NCBI GenBank assembly: GCA_042568575.1
Contig: JBHPIO010000003.1
Coordinates: forward strand, 63,387 to 127,386
Origin: Patescibacteria group bacterium
Lineage (GTDB): Bacteria; Patescibacteriota; Gracilibacteria; UBA1369; PNNO01
Direction of reading: 5' to 3'
Length of the DNA stretch: 64,000 nucleotides
In this document: one piece after another, positions 19,816 through 29,159 of the stretch
How positions within the stretch are numbered: the first letter of the stretch is position 1
How the letters are laid out: every line of letters begins with the position of its first letter
Program-made: the position numbers and the translations under genes
Notes under the pieces: model-generated
What the model was told of the DNA's origin: nothing
Seen by the model: only the letters and a program-made list of their open reading frames with translations
Databases searched by the model: none

Positions 19816-21498
19816 ATGCAGAAAAATTGCAAAAACTGTGGTAGCCAGTTTACGATTGAAGATGAAGATTTAAAGTTCTACGACAAAATTTCACCGACTT
19901 TTGATGGAAAGAAGTTTCAAATTCCACCACCTACTCATTGTTCTGATTGCAGGCAACAAAGGAGGCTCGCTTGGCGTAACGAGAGAACTCTTTATAGACG
20001 TAAGTGTGATGCAACTGGGAAGAATGTTGTCTCGGTTTTTTCATCTGACAAACCTCTGAAAGTTTATAATAACGACTATTGGTATTCTGATAAGTGGGAT
20101 CCACTTGAATACGGCATGGATTTTGATTTTAATCGGCCATTTTTTGAGCAGTTTCATGAGCTTATTGAGCAAGTTCCACAAGTTGCTCGTTCAGCGGTAC
20201 GTAATCAGAATTCCGATTACGTGAATCAATGTGGATGGTGCAAAAATTGCTATCTCATTTTTGAAGCGGACTATAATGAAAACTGCATGTACGGAAATAA
20301 CGTTTATGACTCCAGAAGCTCCATGGATTTTTTACATATTTTTGGTTGTGAACTTTGTTATGAGTGTGTGAATTGTACAAACTGTTATAATTTGAAATTT
20401 AGTCAGAATTGTCAGAACTGTTCCGATTCATATTTCTTAAAAAATTGTATAGGTTGCAAAAATTGTTTTGGATCAATTAATTTACGAAACAAAGAATTTT
20501 ATTTCTTAAATGAAAAATGTACAAAAGAGGAATATGAACAGCGATTAAAATCGATTTCATTAGGGGAATTTTCGACTTTAAATAAATTAAAGGAAAAATT
20601 TACCGAACATACATCGGCATTTCCAAATAAATATATGGAAGGAACACAGAATGAAGATTCAACAGGTGATTATTTGAACAATACGCAGCGATGTAAAGAT
20701 TGTTATGATCTTGTTAACTGTCAAGACTGCAAATATGTTTTCAACTCACGAAATGTGAAAAATGTTTATGATATGACTGTTTTTGGATCTAAACATGGCG
20801 TTGAATTTTGTTATGAAAACCATGAGATAGGTGATGGGGTGCGTAATGTGTGTTTTTCTGATCAAGCTTGGAGCGGTATATACGATATTTACTATTCCAA
20901 ATTGTGCATGAACAATAGCCATGATTTATTTGGATGCGTAGGTCTTAAACATGCGAAGTATTGTATCCTTAATAAGCAGTATTCTGAGGAGGAATATGAA
21001 AAACTTGCCTCAAAAATAGTTGAACACATGATTAAAACAGGTGAGTGGGGAGAATTTTTACCTGCTTCAATGTCTCCATTTGCATATAATGAAACAATTG
21101 CGCAGGATTATTATCCGCTTAAAAAAGAAGAGGCTTTGCAGAAAGGATACAGGTGGAAGGAGCCTGATCAAAAAGAATATCAGCCTAAAACATATGTAAT
21201 TCCAGATGATATTAAAGAAGTTCCGGATTCAATAATGAATGAAATTTTGGCGTGCAGTGATTGTGGAAAAAATTACAAAATTATTCAACAGGAGTATGAT
21301 TTTTATCAAAAATTCAATCTCCCAATCTCAAGAAAATGTCCAGATTGCAGACACAAAGATAGAATGAAATTAAGAAATCTACGAAAGTTGCATAATGGAA
21401 ATTGCGATAAATGTAATGCGGATATTCAAACTACCTATTCACCAGATCATTCGGAAAAGGTATACTGTGAACGTTGCTACCTCGAATCGGTAGTTTAA
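19816..21498 (+). CDS. Cys-rich Zn-ribbon/solenoid protein, paralog 4
   Basis: Same scaffold; small insertion SPTFDGKKFQI; CDATG variant. Confidence 0.9.
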   Translation: MQKNCKNCGSQFTIEDEDLKFYDKISPTFDGKKFQIPPPTHCSDCRQQRRLAWRNERTLYRRKCDATGKNVVSVFSSDKPLKVYNNDYWYSDKWDPLEYGMDFDFNRPFFEQFHELIEQVPQVARSAVRNQNSDYVNQCGWCKNCYLIFEADYNENCMYGNNVYDSRSSMDFLHIFGCELCYECVNCTNCYNLKFSQNCQNCSDSYFLKNCIGCKNCFGSINLRNKEFYFLNEKCTKEEYEQRLKSISLGEFSTLNKLKEKFTEHTSAFPNKYMEGTQNEDSTGDYLNNTQRCKDCYDLVNCQDCKYVFNSRNVKNVYDMTVFGSKHGVEFCYENHEIGDGVRNVCFSDQAWSGIYDIYYSKLCMNNSHDLFGCVGLKHAKYCILNKQYSEEEYEKLASKIVEHMIKTGEWGEFLPASMSPFAYNETIAQDYYPLKKEEALQKGYRWKEPDQKEYQPKTYVIPDDIKEVPDSIMNEILACSDCGKNYKIIQQEYDFYQKFNLPISRKCPDCRHKDRMKLRNLRKLHNGNCDKCNADIQTTYSPDHSEKVYCERCYLESVV

Positions 21499-21508
21499 GG
21501 CTTTTTAT

Positions 21509-23173
21509 ATGGAAAAAATCGTTTCCACAAAAAATTGTAAAAATTGTACGAAAGAATTTTCCGTTACCGATAGAGATCAAAACTTTTACAAAAAAATGGC
21601 TGTGCCTGAGCCTACGTTTTGCCCTGCATGCAGAATGCAGCGGCGGATGGCTTTTCGAAATGAAAGAAATTTGTATAAACGAAAATGTGATTTTTCCGGG
21701 AGAGACATAATTTCAGTCTATCCACCAACAAGTAAATACAAAATATACGATCAAAAAATTTGGTGGAAAGACGATTGGGATCCAATGGAGTATGGTCGCG
21801 AGTTTGATTTCGATAGACCGTTTTTTGAGCAGTTTAATGATCTTTTGTTGGAAGTTCCACGACAAAGTCTGCAGCTTGTGAATTGTGAAAATAGTGATTA
21901 TGGAAATGATTGTGATGGATCTAAGAATTGCTACTTATGTTTTAACTCAGGAACAGTTGAAGATAGTTATTATTGTACGACTTATGGAAGGAACAGTAAG
22001 AATTGTATGGATATGTTTTGGAGTATTACGTGCGAGCTTTGTTATGAATGTTCAAAAGTTACACAAGGTTATCATTCATTTTGGTGTTTTAATTGTACAA
22101 ATGTAACCGATTGTTATTTTTGCGATGATTGTAGAAGTTGTGAGTATTGTTTTGGATGCGTTGGACTTCGTCATAAGAAATATCATATTTATAATAAAAA
22201 AGTTTCAAAAGAAGAGTACGAAAATTTTATCAAAAACTTTCACTTCACTTATGATGAAATTGAAAAAGCAAAAGTAAAATTAAAAGAATTGCGCTTAACT
22301 GTCCCTTATAAAAACTTACAAATTGTAAGTAGTGAAGACTCGGAAGGGGATTTTCTCGAAGGATGTAAAAACTGCACTGAATGTTTTGATGTAATCATGT
22401 CGGCTGATTCAAAATATGTTTGGGATGGATTAATAGATGGTGGGTATGATTGTTTTAATACAGGTGTAGATACGAAATTCGTTTATGAATGTTTAGTAGC
22501 TTATTACGCAAACAATATTAAATTCGCCAATATTTCTTTTTATTGTTCAGACGTACAGTATTCTGATTCTGTCTATAATAGTGAGCATTTGTTTGGTTGC
22601 GTTGGTTTGAGACATAAAAAATACTGCATTTTAAATAAACAATACACAAAGGAAGAGTATGAAAAATTGCTTCCAAAAATTATTGAACACATGAAAGAAA
22701 CTGGTGAGTATGGGGAGTTTTTTCCAGCTTCATTAAGTTCATTTGGATACAATGACACAATGGCCCAAGAATATTTTCCACTAACAAAAAAAGAAACTGA
22801 TAAGCAGGGATTCAATTGGAATGATTATGTGCAACCAAAGCCAGAAGGTATTAAAACAATTAAAGCGAAGGATTTGCCGGAAAGTATTAGCGATATTACG
22901 GACGATGTTTTGAATTGGGTAATTGAATGCGAAAAAGACGGAAAACCATTTAAAATTATTCCGCAGGAGCTTAAGTTTTATAAAAAAGAAGGATTGTCGT
23001 TGCCGCATTTGTGCCCTGATTGTAGGCACTATGAAAGAAAGTGGAAAGTTAATCCTCGAAAATTGTATGACAGAACATGTGGCAAATGTGGAGAGGATAT
23101 GAAAACTACTTTTGCACCGGATAGGCCGGAGAAGGTATACTGTGAATCCTGTTATCTTAAAGAAATCGTTTAA
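21509..23173 (+). CDS. Cys-rich Zn-ribbon/solenoid protein, paralog 5
   Basis: Same scaffold; CDFSG variant and C-terminal CEKDG variant. Confidence 0.9.
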   Translation: MEKIVSTKNCKNCTKEFSVTDRDQNFYKKMAVPEPTFCPACRMQRRMAFRNERNLYKRKCDFSGRDIISVYPPTSKYKIYDQKIWWKDDWDPMEYGREFDFDRPFFEQFNDLLLEVPRQSLQLVNCENSDYGNDCDGSKNCYLCFNSGTVEDSYYCTTYGRNSKNCMDMFWSITCELCYECSKVTQGYHSFWCFNCTNVTDCYFCDDCRSCEYCFGCVGLRHKKYHIYNKKVSKEEYENFIKNFHFTYDEIEKAKVKLKELRLTVPYKNLQIVSSEDSEGDFLEGCKNCTECFDVIMSADSKYVWDGLIDGGYDCFNTGVDTKFVYECLVAYYANNIKFANISFYCSDVQYSDSVYNSEHLFGCVGLRHKKYCILNKQYTKEEYEKLLPKIIEHMKETGEYGEFFPASLSSFGYNDTMAQEYFPLTKKETDKQGFNWNDYVQPKPEGIKTIKAKDLPESISDITDDVLNWVIECEKDGKPFKIIPQELKFYKKEGLSLPHLCPDCRHYERKWKVNPRKLYDRTCGKCGEDMKTTFAPDRPEKVYCESCYLKEIV

Positions 23174-24832
23174 ATGAGTGAAAAAGTCATTGGGACAAAG
23201 CCATGTTCAAAGTGCGGGGATGAATTTACGATTACGAATCAAGATCGAACGTTTTATGCAAAACTGGATGTTCCGGATCCAACTCATTGTCCGGTTTGTC
23301 GAAATAAACGCAGAATGATGTGGCGGAACGATCGGACTTTTTATAAACGGAAATGTGATATGACGGGAAAGTCGATGATTTCAATTTATCCTAAAGATGC
23401 GCCTTTTCCGGTTTATCATCCGGAGCAGTGGTATAGCGATAAGTGGGATCCGATGGATTACGGTCAGGATTTTGATTTTGATCGACCTTTTTTCGAACAA
23501 TTCAAAGAGCTGCTTTTAAAAGTTCCGCATTTGGGGATTGATATCGTTAATTGTGAGAATAGTTTTTATTGTAATTATTGCGGTGATGACAAGAATTGCT
23601 ATCTTGATATTGCAGGTGAGGGAAATGAAGACTGCTACTTTAATCTTTTTACAAAATTTTCGAAAGATACAGCTGACTGCACTTTTGTTTATAACTGCGA
23701 GCTCTGTTATGAGTCGATAAATTGCTACAATTGCCACAATGTTCGCTATTCAATGTATTTGGACAACTGTAACGATTGTGCGTTTTGTTATGACATGAAA
23801 GGCTGCAGCGATTGTCTATTTTCGTATAATTTGAGGCACAAAAAATATCATATTTTCAATCAGGAATATTCAAAAGAGGATTATGAAAAGAAATTGGCCG
23901 AGCTTCAGTTTGGTTCGTTTCAGGCGCTTCAGGTGGAGATAAAAATGTGGCAAGATATGATGAAGCAGGCGATTCATCGTGATATGTACAATTTGAATTC
24001 GGAAAATTGTACCGGAAATAATATTAAAAATTCGAAAAACTGCCACGATGCTTATAACGTCGTAAATTGTGAAGATTCTAAGTTTTTGTATGATGTTTTG
24101 GATGCGAAAGACTGCTACGATATGAATTATTCTTTGTATAAACCTGAGGTTGCCTATGACATTATTAGTACCTTAAGCATGCGGTTTTCTGCGTTTTGTA
24201 TGGCGAGTCATTATTGCAATAATTCTTTTTATTGTGACACATGTAATAACTCATCTAATCTTTTTGGATGCACAGCTTTGAATCAGAAAAAATACTGCAT
24301 TTTGAATAAACAATATACAAAAGAGGAGTACGAAAAAATGGTTGAGAAGATAAAAGAGCATATGAAAAAAACAGGAGAGTGGGGAGAGTTTTTCCCGGTT
24401 GAGATTTCGCCTTATGGATATAATGAAACAGTTGCAAATGAGTATTGTCCGCTAACAAAAGAGGAAGCAGGGAAGAAGGGATATCCTTGGAAAAACCTTG
24501 AAATGGCTGGATATAAACTGCAAAAATACGAAATTCCAGATTATATTGATGATGTTTCTGATGGAATTACAGATGAAGTTCTTGCATGCTCAAGTTGTAT
24601 GAAAAATTTTAAAATAATTACTCAGGAGCTTGGATTTTATAGAAAAATGAAGCTTCCTATTTCGCGAAAATGTCCCGATTGCAGACATCGAGATAGGATG
24701 GAAAGGCGTCATCCGCGTAATTTATGGATGCGTCAGTGTGTGCGGTGTAATAAAGAAATTCAAACTCCTTATACTCCGAAAAGATCGGAAAAGATTTATT
24801 GTGAGGAGTGTTATTTGAAGACAGTTTATTAA
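23174..24832 (+). CDS. Cys-rich Zn-ribbon/solenoid protein, paralog 6
   Basis: Same scaffold; directly abuts paralog 5 (TAA ATG). Confidence 0.9.
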   Translation: MSEKVIGTKPCSKCGDEFTITNQDRTFYAKLDVPDPTHCPVCRNKRRMMWRNDRTFYKRKCDMTGKSMISIYPKDAPFPVYHPEQWYSDKWDPMDYGQDFDFDRPFFEQFKELLLKVPHLGIDIVNCENSFYCNYCGDDKNCYLDIAGEGNEDCYFNLFTKFSKDTADCTFVYNCELCYESINCYNCHNVRYSMYLDNCNDCAFCYDMKGCSDCLFSYNLRHKKYHIFNQEYSKEDYEKKLAELQFGSFQALQVEIKMWQDMMKQAIHRDMYNLNSENCTGNNIKNSKNCHDAYNVVNCEDSKFLYDVLDAKDCYDMNYSLYKPEVAYDIISTLSMRFSAFCMASHYCNNSFYCDTCNNSSNLFGCTALNQKKYCILNKQYTKEEYEKMVEKIKEHMKKTGEWGEFFPVEISPYGYNETVANEYCPLTKEEAGKKGYPWKNLEMAGYKLQKYEIPDYIDDVSDGITDEVLACSSCMKNFKIITQELGFYRKMKLPISRKCPDCRHRDRMERRHPRNLWMRQCVRCNKEIQTPYTPKRSEKIYCEECYLKTVY

Positions 24833-24893
24833 AAAGCAAACTTGACTTTTGTCTCAAAATATAGTTAAATTAAACATCCCGTATCAATTTTTT

Positions 24894-25664
24894 ATGGCTA
24901 TCTATTCAAAATTAAGAAAACTACTAACGGATGCCGGCTTAACAGAAGCCGAGATCACTGTGTACTCTGAACTTTTGAAAAATCCTGCGCAAACAAAGTG
25001 GGAGATTGTTGAGCGTACAGGCTTAAATAGAAATGCAGTTTATAGAGCCTTTGAAACTCTTGAGACACACATGATGGTTGAGTCGACTGATGAGGGATTT
25101 AAAGCATTGTCGTTGAAGGTTTTGGTTAGTAAGCTTCATAATTCGGGGCGAAAACTTGGAAAACTTGCTAATAAAATTAAGCATGTTGCGCCATTTTTAA
25201 ACTCATCGCATGAAACTATTGAAGAATTTGAAACTTTTTATACTCCAGAGCAAATAGCAGAGCCATATATTTTTATGGCGGAGCATAAATACGGAACGAA
25301 TTTGGATTTTGGTGATTTTGAAAACTTTATTCCGACAATTGGAGGCATTCCGATTGCTTGTAAATTTAGAAAAGAGAGAGCGAGGAAGTCTGGTCACCAT
25401 GCAATTTGTACAACAAATGGAAAATATACAGGATATTTTTGTACTAATGATGCAAAGCAACGTTTTAAAACTCAAATCGATCGATTGAATATAGATTTTG
25501 GAGGAACTTTTGTGATTTTTTCGGATTCGAGTGATTATGTTTTGTTTAATCATTTTGCAGACCCGAACAATCAGTGTTCTGTTCTTGTAAAATCAAAGCC
25601 AGTTGCAGATATTCAGCGTGCTCAGTTTGATATGTTTTCTCAAAAACTTGAGAACTTGCAGTAG
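24894..25664 (+). CDS. TrmB-like winged-helix transcriptional regulator
   Basis: AGLTEAEITVYSELL...EIVERTGLNRNAVYRAFETL, C-terminus IQRAQFDMF; homologous to 13646-14416. Confidence 0.75.
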   Translation: MAIYSKLRKLLTDAGLTEAEITVYSELLKNPAQTKWEIVERTGLNRNAVYRAFETLETHMMVESTDEGFKALSLKVLVSKLHNSGRKLGKLANKIKHVAPFLNSSHETIEEFETFYTPEQIAEPYIFMAEHKYGTNLDFGDFENFIPTIGGIPIACKFRKERARKSGHHAICTTNGKYTGYFCTNDAKQRFKTQIDRLNIDFGGTFVIFSDSSDYVLFNHFADPNNQCSVLVKSKPVADIQRAQFDMFSQKLENLQ

Positions 25665-25700
25665 GTTTTTTGGCTTTTAAGAGCGGTTTTGAAATTTTAT

Positions 25701-25717
25701 GCGTCAAATTTTGACGC
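25701..25717. promoter_or_regulatory. Perfect inverted repeat, candidate operator
   Basis: GCGTCAAA-T-TTTGACGC between the TrmB-like gene and paralog 7. Confidence 0.45.
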
Positions 25718-25769
25718 TTTTTTTGTTCCGTTTTATTTTGTGATCTGTCTAATTAAATAATCAAAAGTT

Positions 25770-27410
25770 ATGCTTAATAAATCATGCAAAAATTGTGGAA
25801 ACAATTTTGAAATCACAGATAATGATCTTCAATTTTATAAAAAAATAGATGTAACGGAACCAACTTTCTGTCCGACGTGTCGTTTGCAAAGAAGGCTAAC
25901 ATTTAGGAATGAGAGAAATCTCTTTAAGAGAAAATGTGACATGTGCAGCAGAGAAATTTTTACTTTCTACGATCAAAATGTTGTGTTTCCGGTTTACTGT
26001 ACTGAGTGCTGGTGGGGCGATAAATGGGATTCACTTGAGTATGGAAGAGAGTTTGATTTTAAACGCCCCTTCTTTCCTCAATTTCAGGAATTAATGAATG
26101 AAGTTCCAAAAATAGGAATGCTTTCATTTCAAAATGAGAATTCTCCGTACAATTCGCTACTAGCTTTTAGCAAAAATACTTATATGAGTCCGGGAAGTTA
26201 CTGTATGGAGGATTCATATTATGTTCGAAAGAGTCAGTATAGTAAGGATTGTTTGAACAGCCTTTTTCTTGATCATTGCGAGCTAGTTTCTAACAGTGTG
26301 AATTCGCAAAATTGTTACAATTGTGATCATATTTTGAATTGTAGAAACTGTTTTGATTGTATGTATCTTGCAGATTCCTTCTCGTGCAAGAATTGCTTTA
26401 TGTGTAGCGGAATTTCGAATAAAGAATTCTATTATAAAAACCAAAGATATTCGGAAGGTGATTATCGAGCTATCGTAAAAGACCAATTGGAAAGAGATCC
26501 AAAAGATTTAATGGATGAGTTTTTAGAATTTAATACGACTGTTCCAAAAAGATTTCAAAATCAGATTAATTGCGAGAATTCTTCAGGAGATTATATTCAG
26601 AATTCTAGTAATGCGCGTGAATGTTATGACTGTTTTGATGTCGAAGATTCAAAGTATTTATTTGAATGTGTGAATGTGAAGGATTCGATGGATGTGAGTG
26701 ATCATGATAAAGAAGTTGAGCTTTGTTATGAACTTTGTACGGGAGGTGAAAAGAGTTACAAGCATATTCTTTCGGTGGCTTCTATTGCATGTCCAAACAC
26801 GAGCTATCTTTATTCTTGTTATTATCTTTCTGACAGCTTTGGGTGTGACGGGTTTCACTCAAAACAAAAGAACTGTATTTTGAACAGAAAGTATTCGGAG
26901 ACTGATTACAATTTGCTAAAAGGTAAGATAATTGAACATATGAAGGCATTAGGGGAGTATGGGGAGTTTTTTCCTAGTTCAATTTCGCCTTTTCCGTACA
27001 ATCACACAATTGCACAGGATTATTTTCCTCTTACAAAAGAGTTTGCTTTAGAAAAGGGATATAAATGGAAAGATGAAGATGAGTCTCTTTATAAGCCGGC
27101 TACTTTTCAGCTTCCCGATGATATTAATACAGTTCCAAATTCAGTTACTAAGGAAATTCTTGAATGTGAAGATTGTTCAAAAAATTACAAAATAATTTCT
27201 CAGGAGTTGAATTTATGTAAAAGGACGCACAGATCTCTTTCAAAGAAATGCCCTGATTGTAGGCATAGGCTGCTTTTGTCTTTAAAGAATCCAAGGAAGC
27301 TTAACGATCGTGAGTGTGATAGATGCGGAGATCCAATTCAAACAACTTACACTGAAAATAGGCCAGAAAAGGCTTATTGTGAGAAGTGTTATCTCCAGCA
27401 AATAGCATAA
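25770..27410 (+). CDS. Cys-rich Zn-ribbon/solenoid protein, paralog 7 (closest to paralog 1)
   Basis: Shares ENSPYNSLLAxSKNTYMSPGSY, YVRKSQYS and CDGxHSKQK with paralog 1. Confidence 0.9.
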   Translation: MLNKSCKNCGNNFEITDNDLQFYKKIDVTEPTFCPTCRLQRRLTFRNERNLFKRKCDMCSREIFTFYDQNVVFPVYCTECWWGDKWDSLEYGREFDFKRPFFPQFQELMNEVPKIGMLSFQNENSPYNSLLAFSKNTYMSPGSYCMEDSYYVRKSQYSKDCLNSLFLDHCELVSNSVNSQNCYNCDHILNCRNCFDCMYLADSFSCKNCFMCSGISNKEFYYKNQRYSEGDYRAIVKDQLERDPKDLMDEFLEFNTTVPKRFQNQINCENSSGDYIQNSSNARECYDCFDVEDSKYLFECVNVKDSMDVSDHDKEVELCYELCTGGEKSYKHILSVASIACPNTSYLYSCYYLSDSFGCDGFHSKQKNCILNRKYSETDYNLLKGKIIEHMKALGEYGEFFPSSISPFPYNHTIAQDYFPLTKEFALEKGYKWKDEDESLYKPATFQLPDDINTVPNSVTKEILECEDCSKNYKIISQELNLCKRTHRSLSKKCPDCRHRLLLSLKNPRKLNDRECDRCGDPIQTTYTENRPEKAYCEKCYLQQIA

Positions 27411-27414
27411 CTGT

Positions 27415-27505
27415 TTGACAAAGTGGCGAATTTAACTCTAAAATCGAGCTGTTGATTTGTTCGATTGCAATTTTTGGAATACGGACAAATTACGATCATT
27501 GATAA
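27415..27505 (+). promoter_or_regulatory. Sigma70-type promoter followed by a hairpin and boxA-like motif
   Basis: TTGACA 27415, 18 bp, TAAAAT 27439; hairpin ATTTGTTCG/CGGACAAAT 27456-27490; CGATCATTGATAA 27493-27505. Confidence 0.55.
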
Positions 27506-28080
27506 CCCGCTTATGCCTAATTAATTTCAGTTGATGGGTTCTGTTTGTGCAAAATGTTTTTATTTTGTTTAGGCAAAGCCCATCTACTAAATAGATGGAA
27601 ACAGGATCGAAGGGTTCGCCTGTGTGAATGACCAGAAAGCCGTTGTAAAGTAGACATTTATTGGCTTCTCCATTCGTTTACGTAGGGAACCCTTCTACTT
27701 TTTTTCGAAAGGTGGCTTTGCACTCCGCCGTTTGGCTTCCTCCTGAGTGCTAAGTTGCCAGGTTGCAGGCGTGAGTATTGCGTGGTTTACCCTCCATTAA
27801 TTGCAATGGAAAACCGCTCACGCCTGCGACCGCTATTTTTTTGTTTCCAGGATTAGAGATGTCACTTGTTATACGATGGCTACCCAACCCATCACGCCCA
27901 TCTTTGCCCTGTCTTCGCCTAGTCCCAAACTGCTAAGCGTTTAAGATAGATTACTTTATCCACGCATTGACCCAAGGGCAGATAACAGTCACATCTCAGC
28001 GCAGGCACGGCTAAGACCGTGCCTGCGCAACTTTTCTTCTTAGACATAAGCGGGCCTTTCTTATTCTCCAGAGAGGCCAG
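27450..28080 (+). ncRNA. Candidate large structured ncRNA A (family unknown)
   Basis: No ORF of 60 aa or more; closing helix 27506-27520/28040-28054; nested helices 27596-27603/27842-27849, 27609-27617/27687-27695, 27761-27775/27817-27831, 27856-27872/27982-27997, 27999-28010/28017-28028. Confidence 0.7.
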
Positions 28081-28155
28081 TGTTATTTGGATGATGTTGT
28101 GTAGGCACCAATGGTGCTGTAAAATTCATTACTGATCTATTAGTAACGATTTTTT

Positions 28156-28575
28156 ATGAAAAAATTTCTTATAATCCTGTTGGTTTTAGTTATTGGTGCG
28201 GGTTTGGCGTATTTTTTGTTAATGAATAATAGCCCTCAGGAACCTGCGATAGAGGATCCTCAGTATCTTTCTTACTCGGAATCGCTTTATTCCGATCTTA
28301 TTGGAAATAATAAGCCTTTTACACTTTTCTTTTATGACAGTAACGACGAGGCTTTGAAAACATTGAGGCAAAGTTTAAAAGATGACATAGAGAATTATCC
28401 GATTGGTTCAAAAATAATTGAAGTTGATTTTGGTGTGGATACAGAAATTCAAAATCAATATGAGGTTACTGAGGCGGGTGTGTTTATTTCAATTAATTCT
28501 AAAGGTAAGGTTATTGAGACTTTTAGTTCTGTAGATGTTGAGGAGATAAAAACGGCTGTATCTTCGTCTTTATAA
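28156..28575 (+). CDS. Membrane-anchored thioredoxin-like protein lacking CxxC
   Basis: N-terminal TM helix; KPFTLFFYDSNDEALKTL where WCxxC is expected; IIEVDF..QYEV..FISINSKGKVI fits the Trx fold pattern. Confidence 0.6.
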   Translation: MKKFLIILLVLVIGAGLAYFLLMNNSPQEPAIEDPQYLSYSESLYSDLIGNNKPFTLFFYDSNDEALKTLRQSLKDDIENYPIGSKIIEVDFGVDTEIQNQYEVTEAGVFISINSKGKVIETFSSVDVEEIKTAVSSSL

Positions 28576-28646
28576 GTTATCTTTAGTTGACGTAATGTGC
28601 CTTAAGTGTTAGCATACGCTCCAATTTAAAATTAACCAGTTTAAAC

Positions 28647-28979
28647 ATGTTTGATAGAACTGAAAGAGATCCTGATACAGGTGTTGAAGTTGAAGCCGAA
28701 ACTGAAACTGAAACTGAAGTATCTGGAGAAGAAGGAGAACCTACGGGAGTAGATGCAATAAAAGCAAGATTTGCTAAATCCGCGGCAGCTGCAGAACCTG
28801 AAGTGGTTGCAGAACCTGAACAGGATCCACTTACTCGAAAAGAAGCTTTAGCAAATGCAGGTGCAAAAACTTCTCTTGGGGAGCCTTGGGCGCAAAAAGT
28901 AAGAAAAGGAATGCAACAAGCAGTTCAAGATCCACGATCAAGTAGAAAGGGAAAACCTGAAGATGGAGAAGAGGGATAG
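28647..28979 (+). CDS. Acidic low-complexity hypothetical protein
   Basis: 110-aa ORF with ETETETE; TTGACG upstream. Confidence 0.65.
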   Translation: MFDRTERDPDTGVEVEAETETETEVSGEEGEPTGVDAIKARFAKSAAAAEPEVVAEPEQDPLTRKEALANAGAKTSLGEPWAQKVRKGMQQAVQDPRSSRKGKPEDGEEG

Positions 28980-29012
28980 TCTAAAAAAAACCACGCAGAA
29001 GCGTGATTTCAA

Positions 29013-29087
29013 TGGTAGTCCCAAGGGGAATCGAACCCCTGTTTCATGGATGAAAACCATGTGTCCTAACCACTAGACGATGGGACC
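29013..29087 (-). tRNA. tRNA-Glu (anticodon TTC)
   Basis: GGTCCCA/TGGGACT acceptor stem, CATGG-TTTTCAT-CCATG anticodon arm, GGTTCGATTCC T-loop, encoded CCA. Confidence 0.97.
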
Positions 29088-29159
29088 AAATTTGCGAAAC
29101 TTATTTTCAAACTTGCAAAAAAGATTATATAGAAACCAATTCTAAAGTCAAACAAATCA

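Noticed and set aside
11951-27410. Diversity-generating retroelement driving paralog variation
   Set aside because: No reverse transcriptase in the window, and no near-identical template/variable repeat pair with A-specific mismatches seen; the copies are anciently diverged.
27450-28080. tmRNA, RNase P RNA, rRNA fragment or group I/II intron
   Set aside because: No tRNA-like ends, rnpB lies at 55853-56242, no recognisable rRNA or intron catalytic motifs by eye, and no interrupted host gene.
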